From IMG/VR virus record IMGVR_UViG_2563366853_000005, positions 1 through 36,255 of that record: a DNA stretch of 36,255 nt; one strand, written 5' to 3'. Position 1 is the first letter of the stretch. Each line of letters opens with the position of its first letter. The DNA comes from a virus (Duplodnaviria > Heunggongvirae > Uroviricota > Caudoviricetes). This document shows, piece by piece, positions 20,137 through 29,848 of the stretch. The notes beneath the pieces are model-generated. The model did no database searches, had not been told where the DNA came from, and saw only the letters and a program-made list of their open reading frames with translations. The translations under genes and the position numbers were made by a program.

Positions 20137-20973
20137 TCAGAAGTCGGCCAGCTGGTCGGAGGCTGCGCCCGTTGCGGTGAAGCGGTTCTGCGGATCGCCG
20201 TCCTGCGTGCGCAGTTTTTCCTTCAGTGCTGCCAGCTCTGTGGTCAGTGACGTAATTTTCTGGCGGTCCTGCTGATGGCGGGTTTCCAGCACATTAAAAC
20301 GGTCGATAATGTCGGCCTGTGACGTTGCGACGCCTTCCACCGCTTCCTGAATACGGGAAAAACTGGCGTCATCCGCTTTGCGGCCACGGCCAATAATCCC
20401 CATTACGCGGTTAAACCACTGGGTGCCTTCTTCCTGGCGTTGTTCTGCCATTTCGATGATTTCAGACTCGATGGCTTCGGAGATAAGCGGCGCTTCACCC
20501 TGGATACTGTTAAACGTCATCACCGCCTGACGTTGCTGTGCCGTGAATTTCAGGCGCTCAGTGCCCAGGCTTGCCGGGGTGTCGGTCATCGCCAGCCCGA
20601 CCAGATAGGCGCGCCCGTTAACGGAGAACTGCGGGTGCAGTTCGATACTGGAATAGATTTTCTTGCCGTCCGCAACAAGCTGCTTCATGCGCTCGGTCGG
20701 TTCGATTTCTGCATACAGCGCAGTACGTCCGGCCAGCGGACCTTCCGTAATGTCTTCCGTACTCAGTGCGGTGACATCGCCCATTGCGGAAAATTCGCTT
20801 GACGGGCATGGCGAGAGATAGTGCTCAACGTTCACGCGGGCAGCGTAAACATCCGGGTTGAAGTTCTCGGCGGCTTCACGCAGATGCACCGGACTGATTT
20901 CACGGCCATCAACAGTTGATCCGGAGACAGCCACGCGAAACTTTTTGCGGGATGTCTTTTTTTCATTAGCCAT
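20137..20973 (-). CDS. O: capsid scaffold protein gpO (start at internal ATG 20973)
   Basis: MANEKKTSRKKFRVAVSGSTVDGREI aligns with the P2 O N-terminus (MAKKVSKFFRIGVEGDTCDGRVI); GAGGGG RBS 8 nt upstream. Confidence 0.8.
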   Translation of the reverse strand: MANEKKTSRKKFRVAVSGSTVDGREISPVHLREAAENFNPDVYAARVNVEHYLSPCPSSEFSAMGDVTALSTEDITEGPLAGRTALYAEIEPTERMKQLVADGKKIYSSIELHPQFSVNGRAYLVGLAMTDTPASLGTERLKFTAQQRQAVMTFNSIQGEAPLISEAIESEIIEMAEQRQEEGTQWFNRVMGIIGRGRKADDASFSRIQEAVEGVATSQADIIDRFNVLETRHQQDRQKITSLTTELAALKEKLRTQDGDPQNRFTATGAASDQLADF

Positions 20974-21127
20974 AGTTTTTGCCCCTCTGACTGGTTCTTC
21001 AGTCATGATGGCAAAGCGTAACAGGCTGATACAAAGGGCTTTTGTTGTAAGAAAACGGCCAGAACAGAGGGTTAAGGAGAACAGTTTCGCGCGCGGGTAA
21101 TCTTCCTGTAATTACTCAGGGGGAGCA
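20974..21127. promoter_or_regulatory. divergent late promoter region between O and P
   Basis: Position equivalent to the P2 PO/PP divergent late promoters; no perfect TGT-N12-ACA found (closest is TGT-N15-ACA at 21046-21066). Confidence 0.4.
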
Positions 21128-22879
21128 ATGATTCAGGACGCTTTTGTGCGCCAGCGTGCGCGGCAACTTTACTGGCAGGGTTATCCGCCCGCAGAAATAT
21201 CACGTCTGATGGGAATAAACCCGAACACGATTTATGCGTGGAAAAAACGTGACCAGTGGGATGAAACGCCACCCGTGCAGCGTGTCACGCAGTCCATCGA
21301 TGCGCGCCTCATCCAGCTTACTGAAAAACAGAATAAAACAGGCGGTGACTTTAAGGAAATAGACCTGCTGACCCGGCAGCTTAAAAAGCTGCATGATGGC
21401 CAGCCGGATGTGATGGCCGCAGGAAAGAAAGGCCGGGCGAAAAAACTCAAAAATCATTTCACGCCGGAACAGATTGCCGCACTGCGGGAAAAAATCATCA
21501 GCAGGCTGGAGTGGCATCAGCGGGGCTGGTTTGACTCCCTGACCCTTTGCAGGGAAGCCGGGATACGTAACAGGATGATCCTGAAATCCCGACAGATTGG
21601 GGCGACCTGGTATTTTGCACAGGAAGCACTGCTGATGGCGCTGCGTGACGATGTGGCGCAACCTTACCAGCGTAACCAGATTTTTTTGTCTGCGTCGCGT
21701 CGTCAGGCGTTCCAGTTTAAAAGCATTATTCAGAAGGCCGCGGCTGAAGTTGATGTGGAGCTGAAAGGGGGCGATAAAATCATCCTCTCCAACGGCGCAG
21801 AGCTGCATTTTCTCGGCACTTCTGCTGCGTCGGCACAGTCCTATACGGGCAATTTTTATTTTGATGAATTTTTCTGGGTCAGTCGCTTTGCTGAACTGCG
21901 CAAGGTGGCTGGCGCTATAGCAACCCTCAGCGGACTGCGGCGCACCTACTTCTCCACGCCATCCACCGAAACGCACGAGGCATACGCCTACTGGAACGGC
22001 GACCGCTGGAACGAGAAAAAGGCCTCGCATAAACGCCAGCGTTTTTCTGTGGACTGGAAAACGCTGCATAACGGGCTTATCTGCCCTGACCGGACGTGGC
22101 GGCAAATTGTCACGCTGGAAGATGTGGTTAATCACGGCTGGAAACACACCGATATCGACGAAATTCGTGATGAAAACACCGAAGACGAGTTCCTCAATCT
22201 CTATATGTGTGAGTTTGTCCGCGAAGGGGAATCGGCATTTAACCTGAATATCCTGATTGGCTGCGGCGTTGACGGATACGACGACTGGAAAGACTGGAAA
22301 CCTTTTGCTCCCCGCCCGATGGGGAATCGTCCGGTATGGATTGGGTATGACGCAAACGGCAGCAGTGGCAACGGCGACAGCGGCGCTGTGTCCGTGGTGG
22401 TTCCTCCGTCTGTTCCTGGTGGCCGTTTTCGAACGGTGGAGACGCGACGCGTTCAGGGGCTGGAGTTTGAAGAACAGGCCAGAGTCATTGAAGAGTTCAC
22501 GTGTCGCTACAACGTGGAACACATCGGCATTGATGTGACGGGCGGGAACGGGGAGGCTGTTTATCAGATAGTGAAACGGTTTTTCCCTGCCGCTATTCCG
22601 TACACCTTCACGCTGTCATCAAAACGGTCGCTGGTACTGAAAATGCTGCAAATAATGCGTGCCGGGCGGTGGGAATACGATCGCGCCGAACGCGAGCTGG
22701 TCGCGGCCTTTAACGCCGTGCGTAAGGTGAAAACACCGGGCGGCTTTATCACTTACGAAACGGACCGAGCGAGGGGGATCAGCCACGGCGACCTTGCGTG
22801 GGCAACCATGCTTGCTGTCATTAACGAACCGATTGGCGGCGAAGGAGAAAACGAGCGTTTCACGGTTATGGAGTTCTGA
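21128..22879 (+). CDS. P: terminase large (ATPase) subunit gpP
   Basis: 583-aa ORF; position and size match P2 P; translationally coupled to Q (TGATG). Confidence 0.9.
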   Translation: MIQDAFVRQRARQLYWQGYPPAEISRLMGINPNTIYAWKKRDQWDETPPVQRVTQSIDARLIQLTEKQNKTGGDFKEIDLLTRQLKKLHDGQPDVMAAGKKGRAKKLKNHFTPEQIAALREKIISRLEWHQRGWFDSLTLCREAGIRNRMILKSRQIGATWYFAQEALLMALRDDVAQPYQRNQIFLSASRRQAFQFKSIIQKAAAEVDVELKGGDKIILSNGAELHFLGTSAASAQSYTGNFYFDEFFWVSRFAELRKVAGAIATLSGLRRTYFSTPSTETHEAYAYWNGDRWNEKKASHKRQRFSVDWKTLHNGLICPDRTWRQIVTLEDVVNHGWKHTDIDEIRDENTEDEFLNLYMCEFVREGESAFNLNILIGCGVDGYDDWKDWKPFAPRPMGNRPVWIGYDANGSSGNGDSGAVSVVVPPSVPGGRFRTVETRRVQGLEFEEQARVIEEFTCRYNVEHIGIDVTGGNGEAVYQIVKRFFPAAIPYTFTLSSKRSLVLKMLQIMRAGRWEYDRAERELVAAFNAVRKVKTPGGFITYETDRARGISHGDLAWATMLAVINEPIGGEGENERFTVMEF

Positions 22880-23925
22880 TGAGCAGAAAAAATAAAAAAG
22901 TGCGCATGAGTTCACGCATTGATCTCGCTGATGCGCTCAGGAAAGAATCATCGCTCAGTGCATTCACATTTGATGGTCCTTATCGCCTGACCGGGCATGA
23001 CCTGCTGGACAATATGTACTGTGCTGATAACGGGCGGTGGTATGAAACCCCGGTGGACTGGTACGGTCTGGCAAGAGCTGCCCGGCAAACGTCCTGGCAT
23101 CAGTCTGCGCTTTACTTTAAGCGCAATGTATTGCTCGGTTGCTACATCCCGCACCCGCTGCTTTCCCGGCAGGATTTCTCGGCGCTGGCGCTGGACTGGT
23201 TTGTGTTCGGTAACGCATTCCTTGAGCTTCGAAGCAATATGCTCGGCGAACCGCTTAAATTACGGCACGCACTGGCGAAATACATGCGACGCGGAAGCGA
23301 TCTTGAATCATGGTGGTATGTGCAGGATGGCAAGGATGCGTTTCAGTTTCGCCCAGGCAAAGTGTGTCACCTGATGAATCCTGACATTAACCAGGAAATC
23401 TACGGCATGCCGGAATATCTCGGCGCATTACTCTCGGCCAGCCTGTCTCATTCGGCGGACATGTTCAGAAAACTGTATTACGACAACGGATCCCACGCCG
23501 GGTGCATCATCTACATCGGTGCAGCGCAGGTAAACCGCGAAAGCATGGACTCCCTGAAAGAAACGCTACAGGGTGCGCGTGGTGGTGGTGCGTTTAAAAA
23601 CGTGCTCATTCATGCGCCCAACGGGGGCAAAGAGGGGGTGCAAATTTTGCCGTTCCAGCAGATCACCGCAAAGGATGAGTTCATGAATGTTAAGGCGGCA
23701 TCCCGTGATGATGTGCTGGCTGCGCACCGCGTTCCGCCGCAACTGATGGGGGCGATGCCGGGTGAAAAAAGTGCGTTTGGTGATGTGGAGAAGGCCGCGC
23801 GGGTTTACGCAATTAACGAGCTGATGCCCGTCATGGAGGCCATGAAGCACATCAATGACTGGCTTGGCGAAGAGGTGATCCGCTTTAACCCTTACGCACT
23901 GTTAGACATCCAGCCCACATCCTGA
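22879..23925 (+). CDS. Q: portal protein gpQ
   Basis: 348-aa ORF; position and size match P2 Q. Confidence 0.9.
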   Translation: MSRKNKKVRMSSRIDLADALRKESSLSAFTFDGPYRLTGHDLLDNMYCADNGRWYETPVDWYGLARAARQTSWHQSALYFKRNVLLGCYIPHPLLSRQDFSALALDWFVFGNAFLELRSNMLGEPLKLRHALAKYMRRGSDLESWWYVQDGKDAFQFRPGKVCHLMNPDINQEIYGMPEYLGALLSASLSHSADMFRKLYYDNGSHAGCIIYIGAAQVNRESMDSLKETLQGARGGGAFKNVLIHAPNGGKEGVQILPFQQITAKDEFMNVKAASRDDVLAAHRVPPQLMGAMPGEKSAFGDVEKAARVYAINELMPVMEAMKHINDWLGEEVIRFNPYALLDIQPTS

Positions 23926-23942
23926 CGCGCTTCGCTTGTCTG

Positions 23943-23965
23943 CTGCTTCGCCGGGGCATAAAAAA
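23943..23965 (+). other. perfect 10-bp-stem hairpin just after Q (cos-proximal region)
   Basis: GGGGCATAAA-AAA-TTTATGCCCC; no adjacent U-run on either strand. Confidence 0.4.
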
Positions 23966-24256
23966 TTTATGCCCCGACTCTCCAGCTCCTGTATCAGTCA
24001 GATAATTTCACGACGCTTTCCTGCTTATTGCCATCATCGACGGTCAGACTCTTACGCAATCCCACCGCGTTGACTGCATGTTCTTCGACGCCTCAGTGCG
24101 ATTTTGACGGCCTTACCTTTCACCCCATCAAATCAGAATCCCTCACGTCTTTTTCACACTCAGCGTGAGAAATACAGCCATTCTGTTGTGTTGCTGCGAC
24201 ATCGTTCAGGGGATGCTATTTACCCCCTGAAACGCGGGCTGTTCCCCCGTCACCTG

Positions 24257-24280
24257 CGCGCAGAAAAAGCGCGTTTTTTT
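24257..24280 (+). terminator. intrinsic terminator
   Basis: Stem CGCGC / GCGCG with loop AGAAAAA, followed by T7 (24274-24280). Confidence 0.6.
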
Positions 24281-24736
24281 GTGCACGCACGGATCCTTGA
24301 CGGATCCAGCCGCCACGCGGGCCGGAAGGGCAAAAAGTCGTTCAAAAAAATTGTGCAAATTTGTGCACTATTATGCAGTGTGTATCGTGCTGTTTTCTAC
24401 GTAAAGAACGGATGGTAAATTTGCTCGTAGCAGAGAAGATTTTAATGATCGCAAGATATGAAAAAAGATTCATAACCCTATTTGATGTGCATACTGTTTC
24501 AGGACTTGATATGTGACTGTATAACTGGGGCCACATCGTTGGAAGTTTTAAAGGACTAAGGTAATTATTATGGCATTCAATTAAAAACAATACTATATAC
24601 TATTTGATAACTATTTTTCAGCATGAAGAACCTTTAATTAATTATATGATTTTTTGTGATTGCAAATTTTTTAGATAAATAGCAAGATATCATAAATCAT
24701 TATTATTCGTTTGCTTTTTTAATGAGAGTGTTTGTT

Positions 24737-24742
24737 TATAAT
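24737..24742 (+). promoter_or_regulatory. candidate -10 element (TATAAT) for the KAP NTPase gene
   Basis: Perfect TATAAT 38 bp upstream of the ATG at 24780 in an AT-rich context; the -35 is not obvious. Confidence 0.3.
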
Positions 24743-24779
24743 GCTAATTTAATTTCAATAAGGAAAAAATGGAGTTACT

Positions 24780-26144
24780 ATGAATATAACTACTAATCAG
24801 AATGGTTTTGAGAATGGTTTTGATATTACATCTGACATATTTAATCGTAAGACATTATATGATCAAATGATACGGCTTATTATTAATGCTCCTGACTCAA
24901 ATTTGGTTTTTGCGTTAGATGATATATGGGGTAGCGGTAAAACATCATTTGTTAAGATGTTAAAATCAGAATTAGAATTAACTAATAGTGAATATATAGA
25001 TGTTGTTTATTTCGATGCATTTGAAAATGATTATCAATCAGATCCATTTATTTCAATATCATCTGAACTATATAATTTACTAAAACACAGAGGAGTAGAG
25101 GCCGAAGATGTAGCTGATCGCATTATTAAAACTGGTAAGAAAATAGGTGCAAAAATATTAATCGGAGGTGCAAAGGTAGCTATTACAACCCTGACAGCAG
25201 GTGTTGTGAATGGTTCTGCTCTTGATGAGGCAGGAAAAACAGTTAGCGATTCCATTAATAGTGAGTTAGAGTCTTTTGTTGAAGAGAAAATAAAATCCAT
25301 GGAGCAGGAAAAAAACTCAATTGCTGACTTTAAAAAAGCTTTAGAAGAAATATATACAAATACAAAGAGAAAAACCTTGATTATTATTGATGAACTTGAT
25401 CGAGCCCGCCCAGATTATTCTCTAGAGCTATTGGAAAAAATTAAGCATCTTTTTTCTGTGAAAGGTATGGTTTTCTTATTGGTAATGAATCGAGAGCAAT
25501 TTGAAAAGGGAATTGCATATAAATATGGTGATATCAATACTGGTCTGTACTTGAATAAATTTATTCATTATTGGTTTTCTTTGCCCAAAATAAATATGTA
25601 TGACTCTATGGTGTTACAAGCATCTAACAAAACAACGATTACAACGTATATTAAAAAAACTCTACAACAGAATCACTCTCTAGGTATTAATACAGATGGT
25701 GCTTTTGTAAGAGTCTTATCATGCTTGATTGAAACCAATAATTGCTCGCTGCGAGAAGTTGAACGATGTATTTCAACTATGCTTGTAGTGGATAATCATA
25801 CGTGTATAGCGAATAATGATGATAATTATTATATGATTGCATTAGCATTGGTTTGTTTCTTGAAAGTAACTTCTCCAGATATGTTAAATCGACTACTTAA
25901 GAAGGAAATGTCTTCTGAAGAGATATTAGAATTACTTAATATAAAATCTGATTATTTTTCATCAAAGACGGAAATTAAATTGCTTAAAGAACTATTGGAT
26001 TATTATTACATCGATAAAGAAACATTAAAACTATTACGTAATGAAAAGGGAAGTTATGTTCAGCGTATAGAAGGTGATTTTGCGTTTGAATATAACCATA
26101 TCTTTAATATTTCCACATCAATAGCTAATATGACTATAAAATAA
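24780..26144 (+). CDS. KAP-family P-loop NTPase (PifA-like), candidate anti-phage defence protein
   Basis: Walker A within DDIWGSGKTSF (aa 47-57, the WGSGK(T/S) form typical of KAP NTPases), Walker B LIIIDELDRA (aa about 199-208), a hydrophobic stretch GAKILIGGAKVAITTLTAGVV between them; GGAG RBS 5 nt upstream; visibly AT-rich relative to flanking phage genes. Confidence 0.8.
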   Translation: MNITTNQNGFENGFDITSDIFNRKTLYDQMIRLIINAPDSNLVFALDDIWGSGKTSFVKMLKSELELTNSEYIDVVYFDAFENDYQSDPFISISSELYNLLKHRGVEAEDVADRIIKTGKKIGAKILIGGAKVAITTLTAGVVNGSALDEAGKTVSDSINSELESFVEEKIKSMEQEKNSIADFKKALEEIYTNTKRKTLIIIDELDRARPDYSLELLEKIKHLFSVKGMVFLLVMNREQFEKGIAYKYGDINTGLYLNKFIHYWFSLPKINMYDSMVLQASNKTTITTYIKKTLQQNHSLGINTDGAFVRVLSCLIETNNCSLREVERCISTMLVVDNHTCIANNDDNYYMIALALVCFLKVTSPDMLNRLLKKEMSSEEILELLNIKSDYFSSKTEIKLLKELLDYYYIDKETLKLLRNEKGSYVQRIEGDFAFEYNHIFNISTSIANMTIK

Positions 26145-26364
26145 GAACTGTGAGTCATATTTAATCACTAAGATAATTGAAGCCTTAAATGATTGGACTT
26201 AGGGCTTTACTTATTTTTATTATTTGAAGTTGTTTAAGCCCACTATGTTACATAGTTTGTGGTCCATACCAATTTAATTTTATTGGCATTTCATAGATAC
26301 ACATGTTCTGTGTGAATATCCTTCTTTTATTTATCATTTGATTTTCAAACTCCGTTTCTTTTGA

Positions 26365-29127
26365 TTATTTGTTCCCACTCTTTACTCCTCTTCGCAGTAG
26401 GTCAGCTTTGTGGCAGGCGCGTTCGGTTGTTTCACAGATTCTTTGTGTGTGCTCTGTGTCGTGAATGGCGCGCAGCATGTCAGAAAGCACAGTAACGGGG
26501 GTTTTCATGGTGTTCTGGTCCTGCTGAAGTGTGGATGCCAGGCGTGCGGCGGCTTTGGGGTCTGATGCCCCCAGCTGTTCCAGATAGCTGGCGACCGGGT
26601 TATGGCGGATCTCCGTGCTGCTTACGCCGTGATTACGGCTCAGGCGCTGCCAGAGCTGCGTGATTCGGCTGTCCGGGCGGGTATCCGGTTTGCGTACAAT
26701 TTCAAATCCCTGCGGTGAAATGATGCTGCCGTCAACGTACAGACTGCCGCCCCGTAACAGGTGCTGCATCTGCTGTTCACCGATATGCAGGCCGAGAGAT
26801 TCAGCGGACTCCCGCCATTCTTTAGCGAGTAATTCGTGGTTATCAGGCAAAGGCCGCTGCTGTTTGCGGCTCTGTGTCCAGCTCTGCATTTCATCACTGC
26901 TGTTTTTTGCCTGTTTGTCACGCAGCGAACGCATCAGCGCCCGGCGTTCGTGCCGTTTCAGTGAGCGCATCCATTCATCCACATCAACGCCGTCAGGAAG
27001 CTGCGGCCACGGTGCTGGCCGTTCTTCCGGCTGTTCTGTCCCGTTGTTGTCCGTTTCCTGTACACGGGGACAGTTATTGCCACGAGTCCAAGGGGCGGCA
27101 GGGCCGCCCTGAAGGTCAAAACCATTTTCGCGGGCGCTGTCTTCCGCTTCCGGTTTGCGTCTTACCAGCTTCCAGTTATCCGGATGCGTGCACACACGGG
27201 AGGATTCCCCGATGAGTGGTGACCAGATCCCGTAAATCTGTACGCTCTGTTCGCCGTAATCGTTCAGCTCATCGGCGAGGTCGTAGGCGGTGCGAATCAG
27301 GTAGTCTTTGCGTGGAACAAGTACGCCGCCCTGTTTCTCTATGTAGGTGGCAAAACATCCTGCATCAGCGGCAGCGAGTACCGCATCCATTGCGTCATCC
27401 TTCAGCCGTTGCGGGCCTTCCGGGTTGCGTGCCATCTGGCTGGCAAGGCGGCGGAGTTCACGCCACACCTGACGGGAGGGGATGCCAAAGAACTGGAACT
27501 GGCGGACCCGGTGAAGGCGTGCCCAACCGATGGCGCGCTCCACGCTCTCGGCCATTGATTTTCCGGTTTCGTGGTCAACGCGTGGTTTGCCTGTTTTCTG
27601 GTCGATGCCATCCACGGCGCGGCTGTCCAGGTTTTTTCCGATGTAGGTGGCGATGTAGCTGGTTGGCGTGCCTTTTGAGCCGTCGACATACTCCGCCTTA
27701 AAGCGCGGAGTAATATCATCGCCCAGCTCGTGACGATCTTCCTGAATGGCAATATCGCGGGTGTGGGACACAATGGTGTCGATTTCTTCCGGATGAGCAA
27801 AGACCATCATATGCCAGTGCACGGTGCCGTCATGGTGAGGCTCCACCGTGCGGATGCCATACCAGCGCAGGCCGTCGCGGTTCAGTTTCTTGCGGACCGC
27901 TGCAAAAAACGTGTTAACCAGGTAATCGCTGGAGTCGCGCATGGTGGCCCCGTTCCATTTGGGATTCGGATGACCGTTCTCTGTTGTGGCGTGGTATTTT
28001 GACGGGCAGGTGACAGTCAGAAACACCGCTTTGTCGCCACGGGCTTCGGCCAGAAGTTCCAGCCCCTTCATGGTGGCCATCATTTCTGCCTTACGGTGAA
28101 CCGGGTTACTTACTCCCGCGTAATACACTGTCTCGAGATCAATCGTGAACCCGTCTTCGTTTTCCAGCATGAAACTTTTCAGGAAATCGCGTGTTTTCTC
28201 GCGCTGTGCGCGAAACTCGCTTAACGCGTCCTGGCTCAGATAGGGTGATGTTTTTCTGGAAACCAGACAGGCGGCGCGGAGTTGTTCTTCTCTCCACTCG
28301 CAACGTAACAGCCACAGTTTGCGTTTCCACCATTCCGCACAGGTCAGGCGAAGGATTGCGCCCGGCAGCAGCTCCGTGTCCGGTTCGTTCCTCCGGTCTT
28401 TATCTGTTGTCAGTGCGTCATAATGTGGAGGCATGATGTGCAGGTGTAACGCCATGCGGGCCAGCATCTGATACGCCTTCAGCGTTACATCCATGGTCAG
28501 TTCGCCATCGGTCGCGCCAAAGCCATCGCAGAGTTTTTCGAAGGTGCTGCTGAACATCGCCGCCGTCATGGTGGCCAGCGTCTGTATCTGGTGTTTGTTG
28601 AGCTGCGGCAGGTAAAGCAAATCGTCCAGGCGTTCGCGTCCGGCAAGGGAGCGATAACCCGGTGTCAGCCAGTGTCCGTCAGTGCGATCCAGACGTTCGA
28701 ATATTTTGCGCAGGGTTCCGCGTGCATAGCGTTCCGCCTGCCAGCTCTTTTTGCCTTTCCGGCGATCGGCTTCCTGTTTTTTGCGCAGGAAGGAGAGGTG
28801 GCGAATAAGTGGATCGCGCAGATAGGACGGCAGCAGGCGCAGCGAGGCCATGGCTTCATCCACCGCGCCGCGTGCCTGTTTTCTGGCGTCTCCTGCCAGT
28901 GCGATGGTTTTGTCCTGTTTTTCCTGTGCGTCCAGGCTTTTATTAATCAGGTTGCCCAGCGGCGTGGCGGAGAACGCCGCATCAGCCATTTTCTGGCGGC
29001 GCTCGTTCTCTGCCCGGTAGGCATCCAGCCAGGAGGAAAGCACGGATTCAGGAGCGGGGATCCCCGTTCCTTCACGCCCTACTGCGTGGCGCGGTTGTTG
29101 CCAGTCCCTGATGTACTCTGTCGTCAT
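26365..29127 (-). CDS. A: replication initiation protein gpA (rolling-circle HUH endonuclease); start uncertain, C-terminal extension relative to P2 A
   Basis: Blocks shared with P2 A including VEPHHDGTVHWHMMVF (P2: VEPHHDGTPHWHMML), FLTVTCPSKYH (P2: FITLTAPSKYH), YIATYIGKNLD (P2: YIAKYISKNID). Confidence 0.85.
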   Translation of the reverse strand: MTTEYIRDWQQPRHAVGREGTGIPAPESVLSSWLDAYRAENERRQKMADAAFSATPLGNLINKSLDAQEKQDKTIALAGDARKQARGAVDEAMASLRLLPSYLRDPLIRHLSFLRKKQEADRRKGKKSWQAERYARGTLRKIFERLDRTDGHWLTPGYRSLAGRERLDDLLYLPQLNKHQIQTLATMTAAMFSSTFEKLCDGFGATDGELTMDVTLKAYQMLARMALHLHIMPPHYDALTTDKDRRNEPDTELLPGAILRLTCAEWWKRKLWLLRCEWREEQLRAACLVSRKTSPYLSQDALSEFRAQREKTRDFLKSFMLENEDGFTIDLETVYYAGVSNPVHRKAEMMATMKGLELLAEARGDKAVFLTVTCPSKYHATTENGHPNPKWNGATMRDSSDYLVNTFFAAVRKKLNRDGLRWYGIRTVEPHHDGTVHWHMMVFAHPEEIDTIVSHTRDIAIQEDRHELGDDITPRFKAEYVDGSKGTPTSYIATYIGKNLDSRAVDGIDQKTGKPRVDHETGKSMAESVERAIGWARLHRVRQFQFFGIPSRQVWRELRRLASQMARNPEGPQRLKDDAMDAVLAAADAGCFATYIEKQGGVLVPRKDYLIRTAYDLADELNDYGEQSVQIYGIWSPLIGESSRVCTHPDNWKLVRRKPEAEDSARENGFDLQGGPAAPWTRGNNCPRVQETDNNGTEQPEERPAPWPQLPDGVDVDEWMRSLKRHERRALMRSLRDKQAKNSSDEMQSWTQSRKQQRPLPDNHELLAKEWRESAESLGLHIGEQQMQHLLRGGSLYVDGSIISPQGFEIVRKPDTRPDSRITQLWQRLSRNHGVSSTEIRHNPVASYLEQLGASDPKAAARLASTLQQDQNTMKTPVTVLSDMLRAIHDTEHTQRICETTERACHKADLLRRGVKSGNK

Positions 29128-29133
29128 ACTGAT

Positions 29134-29499
29134 TTACTTCGTCATACCGTTGAGGGTGTCACGGCAAACGGCAGCCAGCCGCTGAATTTCCAGCACGGTG
29201 TCTTCTGTGTCGGCATGGCGATGTGTGATGCGGATGCTGTCGGCAATCACATCGACGATTGCAGAGGATGGGCGCTGGTAAATGCCAATAACGGACGGGG
29301 TGCCACCTTCAATGCGGTAAAGCCTGTAATTTCCCTCGTGGCTGTCAATCATGTAGCGACCATCAATAACAATCTTTCCGTCAGCGAGCTGCGGTACAGG
29401 CAGGGATTTCAGGTACATGTCATAACGATCACGCACGCGAGCGGCAAGATCACGTTCTGTGTTGAGCAGATATTCAAGAAAGTCGTTGGCGAGAATCAT
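29134..29499 (-). CDS. hypothetical early protein (121 aa)
   Basis: ORF immediately upstream of and co-oriented with A. Confidence 0.55.
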   Translation of the reverse strand: MILANDFLEYLLNTERDLAARVRDRYDMYLKSLPVPQLADGKIVIDGRYMIDSHEGNYRLYRIEGGTPSVIGIYQRPSSAIVDVIADSIRITHRHADTEDTVLEIQRLAAVCRDTLNGMTK

Positions 29500-29571
29500 T
29501 GCGGCAATCCTCTTGTTACAGATGTGCGAAGGCCTCCCGCCGCAAGGTGCAGGAAAGGCCCGGAACAGGAA

Positions 29572-29802
29572 TTAATGGAGTTTGTTTTGCTGCTGGATGA
29601 GCTTTTGAAGCTCGCGCAGATCATCTGCCAGATAGCTGAAAACAGAGGCGGAATAGCTGTTCGATAGTGCGTGACTGCGTTCATGCAGCATATTGATGTG
29701 CATGATATGCGCGACGCGGAATGCGCGGAAAAGTCTGCGGTTGATTTCAGCCTGGATGTGACGACGCTCCGCGATAGCGCGGTGCTGTTTGCGGTTTGCC
29801 AT
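29572..29802 (-). CDS. hypothetical small basic protein (76 aa)
   Basis: GAAGAGG RBS about 9 nt upstream of the ATG at 29802; the longer overlapping 207-aa ORF in another frame was rejected. Confidence 0.5.
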   Translation of the reverse strand: MANRKQHRAIAERRHIQAEINRRLFRAFRVAHIMHINMLHERSHALSNSYSASVFSYLADDLRELQKLIQQQNKLH

Positions 29803-29848
29803 GGTGTTTGGCCTCTTCGTTTGTGAGTTTTTGGATACTCACCAACCA

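Noticed and set aside
20974-21127. Canonical Ogr-binding dyad TGT-N12-ACA at the late promoters (also checked at 3342..3498)
   Set aside because: No perfect match found by eye (nearest is TGT-N15-ACA at 21046-21066), so late promoters are annotated only by position, not by motif.
21200-22522. 440-aa ORF on the minus strand
   Set aside because: Antisense shadow of the terminase large subunit gene P; no RBS and an implausible composition (Arg/Pro/Phe-rich); the plus-strand gene has a clear terminase identity.
23926-24400. P2-type cos site (19-nt cohesive end GGCGAGGCGGGGAAAGCAC or its complement)
   Set aside because: No exact or near-exact match seen in the Q-proximal region; cos is presumed to be here by synteny only and is not annotated as a feature.
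24104-24590. ORFs of 104 aa (plus) and 82 aa (minus, TTG start) in the cos-proximal / island upstream region
   Set aside because: The plus-strand ORF reads through the intrinsic terminator at 24257-24280; the minus-strand ORF has a non-ATG start and no RBS. The region is better explained as packaging and promoter sequence.
28591-29667. 358-aa ORF on the plus strand
   Set aside because: Antisense shadow across the 5' end of the replication gene A and the neighbouring small gene; no independent support.
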